The notes below the pieces were generated by a model. It did no database searches. It worked only from the letters and a program-made list of their open reading frames with translations, and was not told the DNA's origin. Source: a virus. From it: 64,000 nt of DNA. How positions within the stretch are numbered: position 1 is the first letter of the stretch; each line of letters starts with the position of its first letter. Made by a program: the position numbers and the translations under genes. Where the stretch lies: the IMG/VR virus record IMGVR_UViG_3300032246_003079. One strand, 5' to 3'. Positions 25,248 through 35,201 of this stretch are shown here, piece after piece.

Positions 25248-28142
25248 TCATCGATTACCAGAAATTAAATTTAACATTTCTTCTATTGTGGATGCATCAT
25301 CAAACATATCGTCACCCATTACTGTTGAAATAATTTTCTTTTTTCTATTTAAGATGTCGTAAATTGCACCTTCTATTGTATTTTCAAAAAGAGGGTAATA
25401 AACTGATGTTGAATTTTTTTGACCAATTCTATGTGACCTATCTTCTGCTTGTGAATGTTCAGCTGGAACAAAAGATAAATCATTCATAATAACGGCCTCA
25501 GCAGATGTTAAAGTAATACCAACACCGGCAGCCTTCAAGTTTCCAACAAATACTTTGATTTTATCATTTGTTTGAAATTCATCAACCGCGTTTTGTCTGT
25601 GGAACTTAGAACAACTACCATCTAAATAAACCGCAGATTTACCAAAGTGATTATAGATTTGATTTAATGTGTCGGTAAAGTTTGTAAATATAATGACCTT
25701 TTTACCTTGTTCTATAATGTTCTCCGCTAACTCGATTGTGTTATTAATTTTTTCTTGTGCGATTACTTTTCTTACTTTCATTAGTTTACCAAACTGAATT
25801 GTAAGTGACGATGACTCTTCAGGGTTTTGGTCATACCAATCAAAATATTCACCCATTAATTCTTCGTAGTCTTTTGATTTGAGTCTCAAATAAACAGGTG
25901 TGATAATTTTTTCAGGTAAATCCAAAACTTCTTCTTTTAACCTTCTTAGAATGTGTGTTGAGGTTCTTTCTCTTAATTCATCAAGATTAGATGCTCCTGT
26001 GACGTTCCACACCTTTCTTTTTCCAACACTAAATTGAAATCCATTACAATATCTTATGGCGTAAGCCATCCAATTTGCAGCAACAGGACTTCCAACGATA
26101 TTTAATAAGTTATAATAATTCATTGGTCTTGATGTCATTGGTGTTCCCGACAATAACCAAACCCTATTTGATTTACTTGCAATATCGTTAGCGATTTTTG
26201 TTCTTAAAGCTTTTGGATTAGCAATTACATGAGCTTCATCCATGATTACTAAATCAAAATCAATTTTCATTATTTCTGATTTATCTTTTTCTTTGGCGTC
26301 ATGGAAATTTTTTAGAATGTCGTAGTTCACAATAACAAAATCATGTTTATCTGAAAATTTCTTACCTTCTGCGATATAAACAGACCTATCTGAATAATTT
26401 GCAATCTCTCTTTGCCAATTTATTTTTAAAGATGCGGGACAAATTATTAATATTTTTTTTGCACCTGTTTCTAAAGAAGAGATAATTGTAGAAGTGGTGT
26501 TATGTGTTACAATACAATGTTCTGTAACATATAGTTTATCAGGAGCATCAACCGATATACAAACACTTTCTTCAAAACCAACTTTTTCAATATTTTTAAT
26601 ATATCTTCCGGTGGGGTATTTTTTTGGTTCAATGTATTTGTTAGCCTTTCGTTTTAATCTGAACGGATTCATACCCTTTGGTAATTTAATATTAACTCTA
26701 TAAGCTAACTTACCTTTCTTTTTTTCACCCTTATAAGTATATGTTGGGATACAAGTTTTGACTCTTGCAACTCCTCCTAATGTTTGTACTACTTCAACAA
26801 CATCATTACAAAGTTGTTTTGATGTTGTACAATAATCAGTCCCAATAAAACTATTACCATTATACATACAATGCCCGTCAGTATCCATTAACCCTTGTAA
26901 AATTGATAATCTATTTTCAACTGATGAAAACTTGTATATGTCGGGAATAAATTTAGTGTCTGACCCACATCCCATCAAGTTTAAATTTTTTAAAATTTGT
27001 ATAACTTCATTTGTGTAACCATCGATTTTAGTTATTCTATAACTGTATCTTGAATTTTTTTGTTTAACTATTTGTGAATTTTTTGGTAATGCGGTTTCAA
27101 TATAACCCACAATTTCATCGTCTTTTGTTGTAAAATTAATATTTTTTTGTGTTATACCACCATCACCTAATGTAAGTCCTAACAAATAAGGGTCAATCAT
27201 AAGATTATCATTTCGTTCAAATTGTATTGGTTTCACTATTGGGATTTGCCATTTATTATTTCCGTTTGGTGATTTATAATAAGTTTCAATTTCATATTCC
27301 TTATTTTTATTATGGTTAATGCCTTTAACTTTAATTTTACCTCCCTCATACATTTGTTTTGTTGATAAAACTAAAGATTTTTTTAATCTTTCGTTTTTTC
27401 TATTTTTACCGTAATTAGGGGATGAAACAGACCATAAATGTTCATCTCCTGATAAAATTGAAAACCCGTCATTAAATGTAATTTTATATGTTTCCTTAAA
27501 CCCTTGTGGAAATACACCTATTACATTATGGGATTTACCATCACTACCAATAACCTTATCACCAATTTTTATATCACCAATTTTTTTAGTACCTTTAGGT
27601 GTATAAACAGGCGTATTGACCGGTAAAAACTTACCCAAACCCATATCATCCGCCAAAATAAACTTTTTATTACCAACCAATTTTTCAATAGCTACCTTTT
27701 GATGTTCCATTGGTGGTCTAACGTCATACTTACTATAATCAATTGAAATATTTTTAACTTCATTATCTTTTAGTAATGCTGATTTTGGCATCCAAAAGTC
27801 GTGTAAAGTTTCACCTGAAAAGATTTTACCCCAAATATGATACGCTTTATCCTTTTCAACCAATAACTTTTCAACATATATTTCAGAAGGTTCTTTGGTG
27901 TACATCTTATCTTCCATTAGTTTTTTACCAAAATATGAATCAAGTTTGACCCATTTTTTTGCAACTTTTGGTTGTGTTGTGTTATAATTATTGATATAAT
28001 CCGCCTGTGGTCTTGTAGGAACAAAAGACTTACTATTCTCTTTTTTGTGTTTTAAATTTAGGATATAGTTATTTGACCCTTCGTAATTGTCTAATATTAA
28101 AAGGGCTTTTGATTCGGGTGTTTTAGGCACAAAATCTTCCAT
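25248..28142 (-). CDS. SNF2/HARP-like helicase containing an intein
   Basis: ADDMGLGK|intein|TT, DEAH, LSGTP, AAGVGITLT, QAEDRSHRIGQ. Confidence 0.9.
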   Translation of the reverse strand: MEDFVPKTPESKALLILDNYEGSNNYILNLKHKKENSKSFVPTRPQADYINNYNTTQPKVAKKWVKLDSYFGKKLMEDKMYTKEPSEIYVEKLLVEKDKAYHIWGKIFSGETLHDFWMPKSALLKDNEVKNISIDYSKYDVRPPMEHQKVAIEKLVGNKKFILADDMGLGKFLPVNTPVYTPKGTKKIGDIKIGDKVIGSDGKSHNVIGVFPQGFKETYKITFNDGFSILSGDEHLWSVSSPNYGKNRKNERLKKSLVLSTKQMYEGGKIKVKGINHNKNKEYEIETYYKSPNGNNKWQIPIVKPIQFERNDNLMIDPYLLGLTLGDGGITQKNINFTTKDDEIVGYIETALPKNSQIVKQKNSRYSYRITKIDGYTNEVIQILKNLNLMGCGSDTKFIPDIYKFSSVENRLSILQGLMDTDGHCMYNGNSFIGTDYCTTSKQLCNDVVEVVQTLGGVARVKTCIPTYTYKGEKKKGKLAYRVNIKLPKGMNPFRLKRKANKYIEPKKYPTGRYIKNIEKVGFEESVCISVDAPDKLYVTEHCIVTHNTTSTIISSLETGAKKILIICPASLKINWQREIANYSDRSVYIAEGKKFSDKHDFVIVNYDILKNFHDAKEKDKSEIMKIDFDLVIMDEAHVIANPKALRTKIANDIASKSNRVWLLSGTPMTSRPMNYYNLLNIVGSPVAANWMAYAIRYCNGFQFSVGKRKVWNVTGASNLDELRERTSTHILRRLKEEVLDLPEKIITPVYLRLKSKDYEELMGEYFDWYDQNPEESSSLTIQFGKLMKVRKVIAQEKINNTIELAENIIEQGKKVIIFTNFTDTLNQIYNHFGKSAVYLDGSCSKFHRQNAVDEFQTNDKIKVFVGNLKAAGVGITLTSAEAVIMNDLSFVPAEHSQAEDRSHRIGQKNSTSVYYPLFENTIEGAIYDILNRKKKIISTVMGDDMFDDASTIEEMLNLISGNR
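26499..27629 (-). mobile_element. Class 3 intein (377 aa) with LAGLIDADG endonuclease, inserted in the Walker A motif
   Basis: Begins FLPVNTPV; block B DEHLW; LLGLTLGDG and LQGLMDTDG; block F VCISVD; ends IVTHN followed by Thr(+1). Confidence 0.9.
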
Positions 28143-28197
28143 AGTTTATTAAAATATAATAAAATTCAAGAAAAAATCAATCAAAGTATTTATAGGT

Positions 28198-28713
28198 ATG
28201 ACACAACCTAAAGTTCCAATAACAAGATTAAATAAGTTTTTTGCAGAAGAAGACTTCAATTTAGATATAAAAATGGGAAGAGAATGGTTAGAGGGGGATA
28301 TGAACTTCACTTTAGTTTTATATAAAGTTGATAGACAAAAAACAAACAACGACGATGTGTATGGTGAAGCCTTAAAAGGTGGGATACAATTTTTACCACC
28401 AATAGAATTTAAAGGTTTGGTCAAAATAGAGGCTCCTGCAAACCAAGACTATGGCTCAACAAAATTAGAACAGTTAGAGCCAGGTAATTTAACTGTTAGT
28501 GTTTATCAAGATTATTTAGACGATTTAGAAATTGATATAGAATATGGTGATTATATTGGATACTATGAAACAGAAAGTAGAGTTAGATATTATAGTGTGG
28601 TAAATGATGGTAGGGTGTTTACTGACAATAAACATACCTATGGTGGTTATAAAAGATTTTATAGAACGATTGTTGCGACTCCTGTCACCAATAATGAATT
28701 TGAAGGAATTTAA
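28198..28713 (+). CDS. Head-closure/neck protein (T4 gp14-like)
   Basis: LYKVD...DDVYGEA...FLPPIE...GDYIGY; position ahead of the tail genes. Confidence 0.6.
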   Translation: MTQPKVPITRLNKFFAEEDFNLDIKMGREWLEGDMNFTLVLYKVDRQKTNNDDVYGEALKGGIQFLPPIEFKGLVKIEAPANQDYGSTKLEQLEPGNLTVSVYQDYLDDLEIDIEYGDYIGYYETESRVRYYSVVNDGRVFTDNKHTYGGYKRFYRTIVATPVTNNEFEGI

Positions 28714-28720
28714 TTAAATT

Positions 28721-29953
28721 ATGGCTTTTCCAAAACAAGTAAAAAAACATTTACCTTTGATTCCACAAAAGTTTGGTGTGGAAAGAAGAGAAGAAATGCT
28801 CGAAGACATAACAAGACATGGGACGTTTTTACCAAAAGGGGTATTACATGCCGATTTGGACAGGGGGTTTTTAGATTTTGTTAAAGACAAATTGGAATTA
28901 GTTGTTGATGAAAAAAAAGTACCTTTGATTGATAGAATTATAACCAATCAAAATTGGATGCAATTTACACAAACGTGGAATTTTCAAGATTTAGATAAAA
29001 ATATATCATTACCTTTTTTAGCAATTGTAAGAACTCCTGAAGTTAAACCAGGTAAATATGTTGGAGGTAAATTTAATGTCCCTGAAAAACTTAGAATTAA
29101 TTATTTTACAGTACCAACATGGGATGGTCAAAGAAAAGGTGCTGATGTCTATAAAGTTCCACAACCAGTGGCTGTTGATATTGTTTACAATTTAAAGTTG
29201 TTTTGTAATCGAATGAGAGAAAACAACGAGTTTAACAAAATTGTTATGCAAACATTTGCATCGGCTCAATCTTATACTCAAATAAATGGTCACTATATGC
29301 CAATAATGATGGAAGAAGTGTCCGATGAGTCCGTAAAAGAATTAGAAAAAAGAAAATACTACATCATAAATTATAAGTTGACACTACAAGGATTTTTATT
29401 AGATGAAGAAGATTTTCAAGTTTCTCCAGCAATATCAAGATATATGACGATGTTTGAAGTAGATACAAAAATTAAAAGTAGACGAGTTGAAATTGAACCT
29501 CCACGACCCGACAACTTTGATTTTGATTTTACTTTTTTACCCGGAGTAACACAATTATCTGAAGTTTTTAGATATACTGCAGATTTAAAAGTTGTTGAAT
29601 TGCAAAATTTATCAAGTTGTTATAATTTTAATTATACCGCAACCACAAACAACACTTTAAATTTTGTAACATGTAATAGTGGACCATCAATTATATCAGG
29701 AATAACAAGTGGTAATACAGGTACTATTTGTGTTCAAGGAGGTACTTTCCCTGTATTTTCAAACCCAACAGGTGCGACAACAAATTCAACAACATCTTGT
29801 GGTAGCGCGTTTTCTGTTTATATAAATGGTCTTTACATAGGTGATGATTTGGATGTGATTCAAGTTAATGATGGAGACTCTCTATTAATAAAGGCATATA
29901 AAAGTTTAATTACTCAAACATCGGTAATTAAAACTGTCGCCTATTTTGTTTAA
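28721..29953 (+). CDS. Tail terminator/sheath stabiliser (gp15-like) with C-terminal extension
   Basis: SLPFLAIVR, PQPVAVDIVYNL, YKLTLQGFL; located directly before the sheath. Confidence 0.6.
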   Translation: MAFPKQVKKHLPLIPQKFGVERREEMLEDITRHGTFLPKGVLHADLDRGFLDFVKDKLELVVDEKKVPLIDRIITNQNWMQFTQTWNFQDLDKNISLPFLAIVRTPEVKPGKYVGGKFNVPEKLRINYFTVPTWDGQRKGADVYKVPQPVAVDIVYNLKLFCNRMRENNEFNKIVMQTFASAQSYTQINGHYMPIMMEEVSDESVKELEKRKYYIINYKLTLQGFLLDEEDFQVSPAISRYMTMFEVDTKIKSRRVEIEPPRPDNFDFDFTFLPGVTQLSEVFRYTADLKVVELQNLSSCYNFNYTATTNNTLNFVTCNSGPSIISGITSGNTGTICVQGGTFPVFSNPTGATTNSTTSCGSAFSVYINGLYIGDDLDVIQVNDGDSLLIKAYKSLITQTSVIKTVAYFV

Positions 29954-30108
29954 TATTCACCGTATATATCTTTAGGTTTACTACAAGTTTTAATTATCAA
30001 ATTTTCTAAAAACTTATACAGTTTCAAACCATTTTTTTCACAGTAAGTTTTTAATACTGAATGAGCGTCATCAGATATTTTAATGTTTTTAATTTTTTTA
30101 TTTTTCAT
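29950..30108 (-). CDS. Small ribbon-helix-helix-like DNA-binding protein (52 aa; start revised to 30108)
   Basis: MKNKKIKNIKISDDAHSVLKTYCEKNGLKLYKFLENLII beta-alpha-alpha pattern. The longer start at 30195 would run across the promoter region. Confidence 0.6.
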   Translation of the reverse strand: MKNKKIKNIKISDDAHSVLKTYCEKNGLKLYKFLENLIIKTCSKPKDIYGEY

Positions 30109-30238
30109 AATAATTTGAGGTGAGAAAAAAGGCAGAATTTTGTCTGCCTTATCAGATAAATATATTATTGTCAATAGTTTTTTGCAAAAATTCAATGTAT
30201 TTATATAGAAAACATAAAAAGCTAAAACATAATTTAAA

Positions 30239-33200
30239 ATGGCATCTAGTAATAAGGTTTTCGTCTCACCTGGTGTTTACACTTCAGAAAGAGATTTAAC
30301 TTTTGTTGCACAAAGCGTTGGTGTAACAACTTTAGGTATTGTCGGTGAAACCATTCAGGGTCCCGCATTTGAACCTATTTTCATAACAAACTTTGACGAA
30401 TATCAAGTTTATTTTGGGGGAACAAGTCCTGAAAAATTTGTAAATACACAAATACCAAAATATGAGGCGTCTTATATTGCAAAGGCTTACTTAAGTCAAT
30501 CAAATCAATTATTTGTAACAAGAATACTTGGATTATCAGGTTACGATGCTGGACCATCTTGGTCAGTTGTTACTATTGCAAATCCAAATCCTGCAACAAT
30601 AGCAGCAACAGGAAATACGACAGGTATTACATTAAACTTTACAGGAAAAACGGGTACTAGTGGAAATATTACAATTACAAGTATTCCGTCACAACTAAGT
30701 GCTGATTTTAATAAGACATACACAACTTATAACGGAGGAACTTCTACATTAAATGCTGATTTTCAAAACTTTATTTCTACTAACGTTAATAGCTTTAGTG
30801 TGAGTGCGTCTACTTCAGGAAAAACTGCAATTTATTGGGGGACTTTAAGTGCGAATACATTAACATATGTGTCGGGGTCTTCAGTGAATACCGTAACAGC
30901 AACTTCTGAAACATTCGGAGTGAATAATGTTAATTTATCTTTAGCTAATCTTTCCGCAGATACAAACGATACATGGTATTACGCATTATTTGATTATAAT
31001 AAAGTTCAAAGTGTTGGTTCGTATTATGGGTATGGTTTTGGAGCATCAATTAAGGGAATTGCATCTATAGGTGGTGGAGTATATTCAGGTCAGTGTAATA
31101 TTGGTATGACATTCTACTCAGGTTCACCTTATAGTGAATGGGATGATTTAGTTGTATCAACACTACGCTCAAGAGGTCTTACCACATATTCTTCAACACA
31201 ACACGGACCAAAATATTGGGTTACAGGAACAAGTGATGTTCAAATGGTATGTACTGGTACATATTCAGCAGTTACAAGTGACCCATATTCAACTTTTGTA
31301 ATATCAGGTATTACATATGATTCTGAAACATTTAGTTTTGAAACCTCAATGTTGTCTACAAATTCTAACTATATGTCAAGTTTGTTTGGTAAATCAAACT
31401 TTGCAAAAGATAGAAACGCAGTTCCAATTTTTGTTGAGGAAATTTACCCAAGTTTATTAAATTCAGGATATAACAATAGTAAAATTAGAGGTTTATACTG
31501 TGATTTAATTGCATTAGACAGTGCTGAATCATTAAATACTGAAACTATTGGTTTCTATTTAGAACAATATCAAACACCTAAAACTCCTTACTTAGTATCT
31601 GAACTAAGAGGTAATTTGGTTTATAACTTATTTAGATTTGTATTAATTTCTGATGGTAACGCAGCTAATAGACTTGTAAAAATATCAATAGGTAATATAT
31701 CTTTTACAAACAATACTTTTGACGTGTTTGTTAGAGACTTTTATGATACTGACCAAAATGTAAAAGTAGTAGAAAGTTTCACAAACTGTTCATTAGACCC
31801 TTCACAAAATAACTTTATAGCAAATAAAATTGGTACTTCTAATGGTGAATATCAAGTAAAATCTAAATACTTGATGATTGAAATGGCCGATGAAGCACCA
31901 ACAGACGCACTACCTTGTGGATTTGAGGGTTATATCATGAGAGAATACTCAAACGCAACACCTCCTTTTGTAATATACAAAACAAAATATTTAAAACCGG
32001 GAGAACAAATAGACAATCCTCCTTTTGGTTCTGCAAACGGTGGTAATAATATTAGAATTTCATCAGGTGAGAATGTTAGAAAAGCGTACTTAGGTATTTC
32101 TAATATCACAGGTGTTGATTATGATTTATTTGAATACAAAGGTAAACAACTTCCAACAAATATTGCAACTGATACTACAGGTCCTGATTGGGGTTATGTA
32201 ACTAAAGGTTTCCATATGGATAGTGGGGCAACTATTGTAACTATTTCTAACGCTTATGTTACTTCAGGTCAGTCGGCGTTTGAAGTGGGAGTAGGTTCAT
32301 TCTCAAGCGAACCTTTAGACAGTGATAATCCTTATTACTTCTTAAATACAAGAAAATATACTTTATATGCTTACGGTGGGTTTGACGGTTGGGATATTTA
32401 TAGAGAGTCAAGAACAAACGCAGATACATTTGCGTTAGGTCAGACAGGATACAAAAAAGGTGCTGCCGCTTCTGCAACATATCCTACCGCATCAGGTTGG
32501 GGAGCGTTCAAACAAATTTCAGGACCAAACCAAGAGACTTGGGCGAACACTGACTTTTACGCTTACAAATGGGGTCAATCAACTTTTGCAAATCCTGAAT
32601 CTACAAATATAAATGTGTTTGTTACACCAGGAATTGACTATGTAAACAACAGTAACTTAGTTGAAGATGCGGTTAATTTGATTGAGGAAGATAGAGCAGA
32701 TTCAATTTACATCTGTACTACACCTGACTTTAACTTATTCTTACCTTCTTACCAAAATATAGAAGAGGGGTTAATTTATCCTCAACAGGCGGTTGACAAC
32801 TTAGAAAATACAGGTATTGACTCTAACTACACAGCTACTTATTATCCTTGGGTATTAACAAGAGATACTGTTAATAACACTCAAATTTATCTTCCACCTA
32901 CGGCTGAAGTTACTAAAAACTTAGCATTGACAGACAACATCGCATTCCCTTGGTTCGCATCGGCGGGTTACACGAGAGGTCTTGTAAACGCAATTAGAGC
33001 GAGACGTAAGTTGACACAAGAAGATAGAGACACATTATATAAAGGTAGAATCAACCCAATTGCAACTTTCAATGATGTTGGTACAGTAATTTGGGGAAAT
33101 AAAACTCTACAAATTAGAGAATCTGCACTTGACAGAATCAATGTTAGAAGATTATTACTACAAGCTCGTAAGTTAATTTCAGCGGTGGCAATTAGATTGT

Positions 33201-33442
33201 TATTTGAACAAAACGATGACAAAGTAAGACAAGACTTCTTAGATTCAGTAAATCCAATTTTGGATTCAATTAGAAGAGACCGAGGTTTAATTGACTTTAG
33301 AGTTACAGTTTCAAATACACCTGAAGATTTAGACTCAAACACTCTTACAGGTAAGATTTACTTGAAACCAACAAGAGCGTTAGAATACATTGACATCGAG
33401 TTTGTTATTACACCAACGGGAGCATCATTTGACAACGTATAA
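30239..33442 (+). CDS. Contractile tail sheath protein
   Basis: VSPGVYTSERD, PWFASAGYTRG, GTVIWGNKTLQ, RINVRRLL, LFEQND, IYLKPTRALEYI. Confidence 0.95.
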   Translation: MASSNKVFVSPGVYTSERDLTFVAQSVGVTTLGIVGETIQGPAFEPIFITNFDEYQVYFGGTSPEKFVNTQIPKYEASYIAKAYLSQSNQLFVTRILGLSGYDAGPSWSVVTIANPNPATIAATGNTTGITLNFTGKTGTSGNITITSIPSQLSADFNKTYTTYNGGTSTLNADFQNFISTNVNSFSVSASTSGKTAIYWGTLSANTLTYVSGSSVNTVTATSETFGVNNVNLSLANLSADTNDTWYYALFDYNKVQSVGSYYGYGFGASIKGIASIGGGVYSGQCNIGMTFYSGSPYSEWDDLVVSTLRSRGLTTYSSTQHGPKYWVTGTSDVQMVCTGTYSAVTSDPYSTFVISGITYDSETFSFETSMLSTNSNYMSSLFGKSNFAKDRNAVPIFVEEIYPSLLNSGYNNSKIRGLYCDLIALDSAESLNTETIGFYLEQYQTPKTPYLVSELRGNLVYNLFRFVLISDGNAANRLVKISIGNISFTNNTFDVFVRDFYDTDQNVKVVESFTNCSLDPSQNNFIANKIGTSNGEYQVKSKYLMIEMADEAPTDALPCGFEGYIMREYSNATPPFVIYKTKYLKPGEQIDNPPFGSANGGNNIRISSGENVRKAYLGISNITGVDYDLFEYKGKQLPTNIATDTTGPDWGYVTKGFHMDSGATIVTISNAYVTSGQSAFEVGVGSFSSEPLDSDNPYYFLNTRKYTLYAYGGFDGWDIYRESRTNADTFALGQTGYKKGAAASATYPTASGWGAFKQISGPNQETWANTDFYAYKWGQSTFANPESTNINVFVTPGIDYVNNSNLVEDAVNLIEEDRADSIYICTTPDFNLFLPSYQNIEEGLIYPQQAVDNLENTGIDSNYTATYYPWVLTRDTVNNTQIYLPPTAEVTKNLALTDNIAFPWFASAGYTRGLVNAIRARRKLTQEDRDTLYKGRINPIATFNDVGTVIWGNKTLQIRESALDRINVRRLLLQARKLISAVAIRLLFEQNDDKVRQDFLDSVNPILDSIRRDRGLIDFRVTVSNTPEDLDSNTLTGKIYLKPTRALEYIDIEFVITPTGASFDNV

Positions 33443-33447
33443 TAAAT

Positions 33448-33475
33448 GTGGGGGGTCACTCCCCCACTTATTTTT
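33448..33475 (+). terminator. Rho-independent terminator after the sheath gene
   Basis: GTGGGGG-gtcact-CCCCCAC then TTATTTTT. Confidence 0.75.
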
Positions 33476-33489
33476 AAAATATAAATAAA

Positions 33490-33627
33490 ATGAAAATTAA
33501 AAAGAAAGTTATTAAAGAGTCAGTTGGAATTAAAGATTGGTCGGACAAAACTTATTCCACAAAAAAACAAAATGTAGTTTTAACTGAATCTCAGTTAGAA
33601 AAACTTTTAGAAAAACTTCAAAAATAA
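33490..33627 (+). CDS. Small protein, 45 aa (missing from ORF track)
   Basis: MKIKKKVIKESVGIKDWSDKTYSTKKQNVVLTESQLEKLLEKLQK; its stop overlaps the next ATG (TAATG). Confidence 0.7.
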   Translation: MKIKKKVIKESVGIKDWSDKTYSTKKQNVVLTESQLEKLLEKLQK

Positions 33628-34517
33628 TGGATATTAAAGGGTATGTTAGAAAATTTGTTCGACAAAGATTGAACGAAGGTTTTGACGATGTAGGTAGGCC
33701 TGACTTAAAATATTATGCATTTGATTGGGATGATAATATTTTATTCATGCCAACTTCTATTTTGGTTATGGATGAAGACGAAAATGAAATACCCATGTCA
33801 ACAGAAGACTTTGCTGAGTATAGAGAAAAAATTGGTTTTGAACCATTTATGTATAAAGGTAAAAGAATCGTTGCTTTTTCTATAGGAGCATTTAAAAACT
33901 TCAAAGAGTTTGGAAACAAAAGATTTATTATTGATTCTATGGTTGCAAAACCCGGTCCGTCTTGGTCTGATTTTGTGGAATGTATAAATGGTGGGTCGGT
34001 TTTTTCTATAATTACCGCTAGAGGTCATAGTCCTGAAACTTTAAGAGAGGCTGTTTACAACTTAGTAATGAGTAATAAAAACGGAATAAACTCAAGAGAA
34101 TTAGCTAGAAATCTATACAAGTATAGAGAAATAGGAAACAAAGTTAAAGCGGACACTACTGTTAAAGCATTGTCACCATCAGAACTTAATGACTATTTGG
34201 ACTTATGTAAATTTGAACCCGTGTCTTTTAAAAAGGGGAACGCTTCTAACCCTGAACAAGCAAAATTTGATGCATTAAAACGATTTATATCTTATTGTAA
34301 GAGTTTGGCAAGTGAATTAAAAAGTCGTTACGGGGTCGAGGGTAGTCCTATGTTTAAAAATGATGTTGAATTTAATTCAAGTTGGGAACCTTATATTGGT
34401 TTTTCAGATGACGATTTAAGAAATGTTGAAAAAATTAAAGAATTATTATCTGGTGAGTATGAAGAATTACCTTTAAACTTATATTTAACAAAAGGAGGAA
34501 ATAAAGTTAAATACTAG
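33627..34517 (+). CDS. HAD-superfamily phosphatase-like protein
   Basis: AFDWDDN (DxD motif I), IITARGH (motif II), K, GFSDDD (motif IV). Confidence 0.7.
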   Translation: MDIKGYVRKFVRQRLNEGFDDVGRPDLKYYAFDWDDNILFMPTSILVMDEDENEIPMSTEDFAEYREKIGFEPFMYKGKRIVAFSIGAFKNFKEFGNKRFIIDSMVAKPGPSWSDFVECINGGSVFSIITARGHSPETLREAVYNLVMSNKNGINSRELARNLYKYREIGNKVKADTTVKALSPSELNDYLDLCKFEPVSFKKGNASNPEQAKFDALKRFISYCKSLASELKSRYGVEGSPMFKNDVEFNSSWEPYIGFSDDDLRNVEKIKELLSGEYEELPLNLYLTKGGNKVKY

Positions 34518-34620
34518 TTTCTAGTTATAGAATAAATTTAAAATAATTGAAAGTAAATACAAAAAATAATTTAGTAAGTATTTATAGTAAAATAAAATAA
34601 AAATTAAAAAATAAGAAAAC

Positions 34621-35109
34621 ATGGCTGATTTATTAATGAGAATGCCGTTTCAGTACGAACCAAAAAAGAAAAATAGGTTTATACTAACATTTGACTCTAG
34701 TTTGGGTATTAATTCATGGTATGTTGAAAAAGCGTCAAGACCGTCAATTAAAATCGATACAAAAGAAATTAAATTTTTGAATACTGAAACTTATGTTGCA
34801 GGGTCTTTTGCGTGGGAGACTATTTCTGTAACCTTAAGAGACCCGATTGGTCCATCGGCAGCTCAGGCGGTAATGGAGTGGGTTCGTTTACATGCTGAAT
34901 CAGTAACAGGTCGTATGGGTTATGCTGCTGGTTACAAAAAAGATGTGAACTTAGAAATGTTAGACCCAACAGGAGTTGCAGTTGAAAAGTGGATATTACA
35001 AAATTGTAGTATAACGGAAGCAAAATTTAATGACGTTGGGTATGATGGTTCAGACCTTATGACTGTAGACATGACTTTGAGACCGGATAGATGTATTCTA
35101 GTTTACTAA
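34621..35109 (+). CDS. Tail tube protein (T4 gp19-like)
   Basis: EPKKKNRF, RPSI, WETISVTLRD, EW, GYKKD, LDPTG..VEKW; follows the sheath. Confidence 0.9.
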   Translation: MADLLMRMPFQYEPKKKNRFILTFDSSLGINSWYVEKASRPSIKIDTKEIKFLNTETYVAGSFAWETISVTLRDPIGPSAAQAVMEWVRLHAESVTGRMGYAAGYKKDVNLEMLDPTGVAVEKWILQNCSITEAKFNDVGYDGSDLMTVDMTLRPDRCILVY

Positions 35110-35133
35110 AATTTTAAAAATAAAATTATAATT

Positions 35134-35159
35134 AATCCCGTCAATAGATGGGATTTTTT
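35134..35159 (+). terminator. Rho-independent terminator after the tube gene
   Basis: AATCCCGTC-aata-GATGGGATT then TTTT. Confidence 0.75.
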
Positions 35160-35201
35160 ATTTACAATAATTTTATTCAAAATATTTTTAAAATAAAAAC
35201 T

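Noticed and set aside
35148-35201. N-terminal extension of the tail chaperone from the ATG at 35148
   Set aside because: That ATG lies inside the tube terminator hairpin; the ATG at 35202 has the typical A-rich context.
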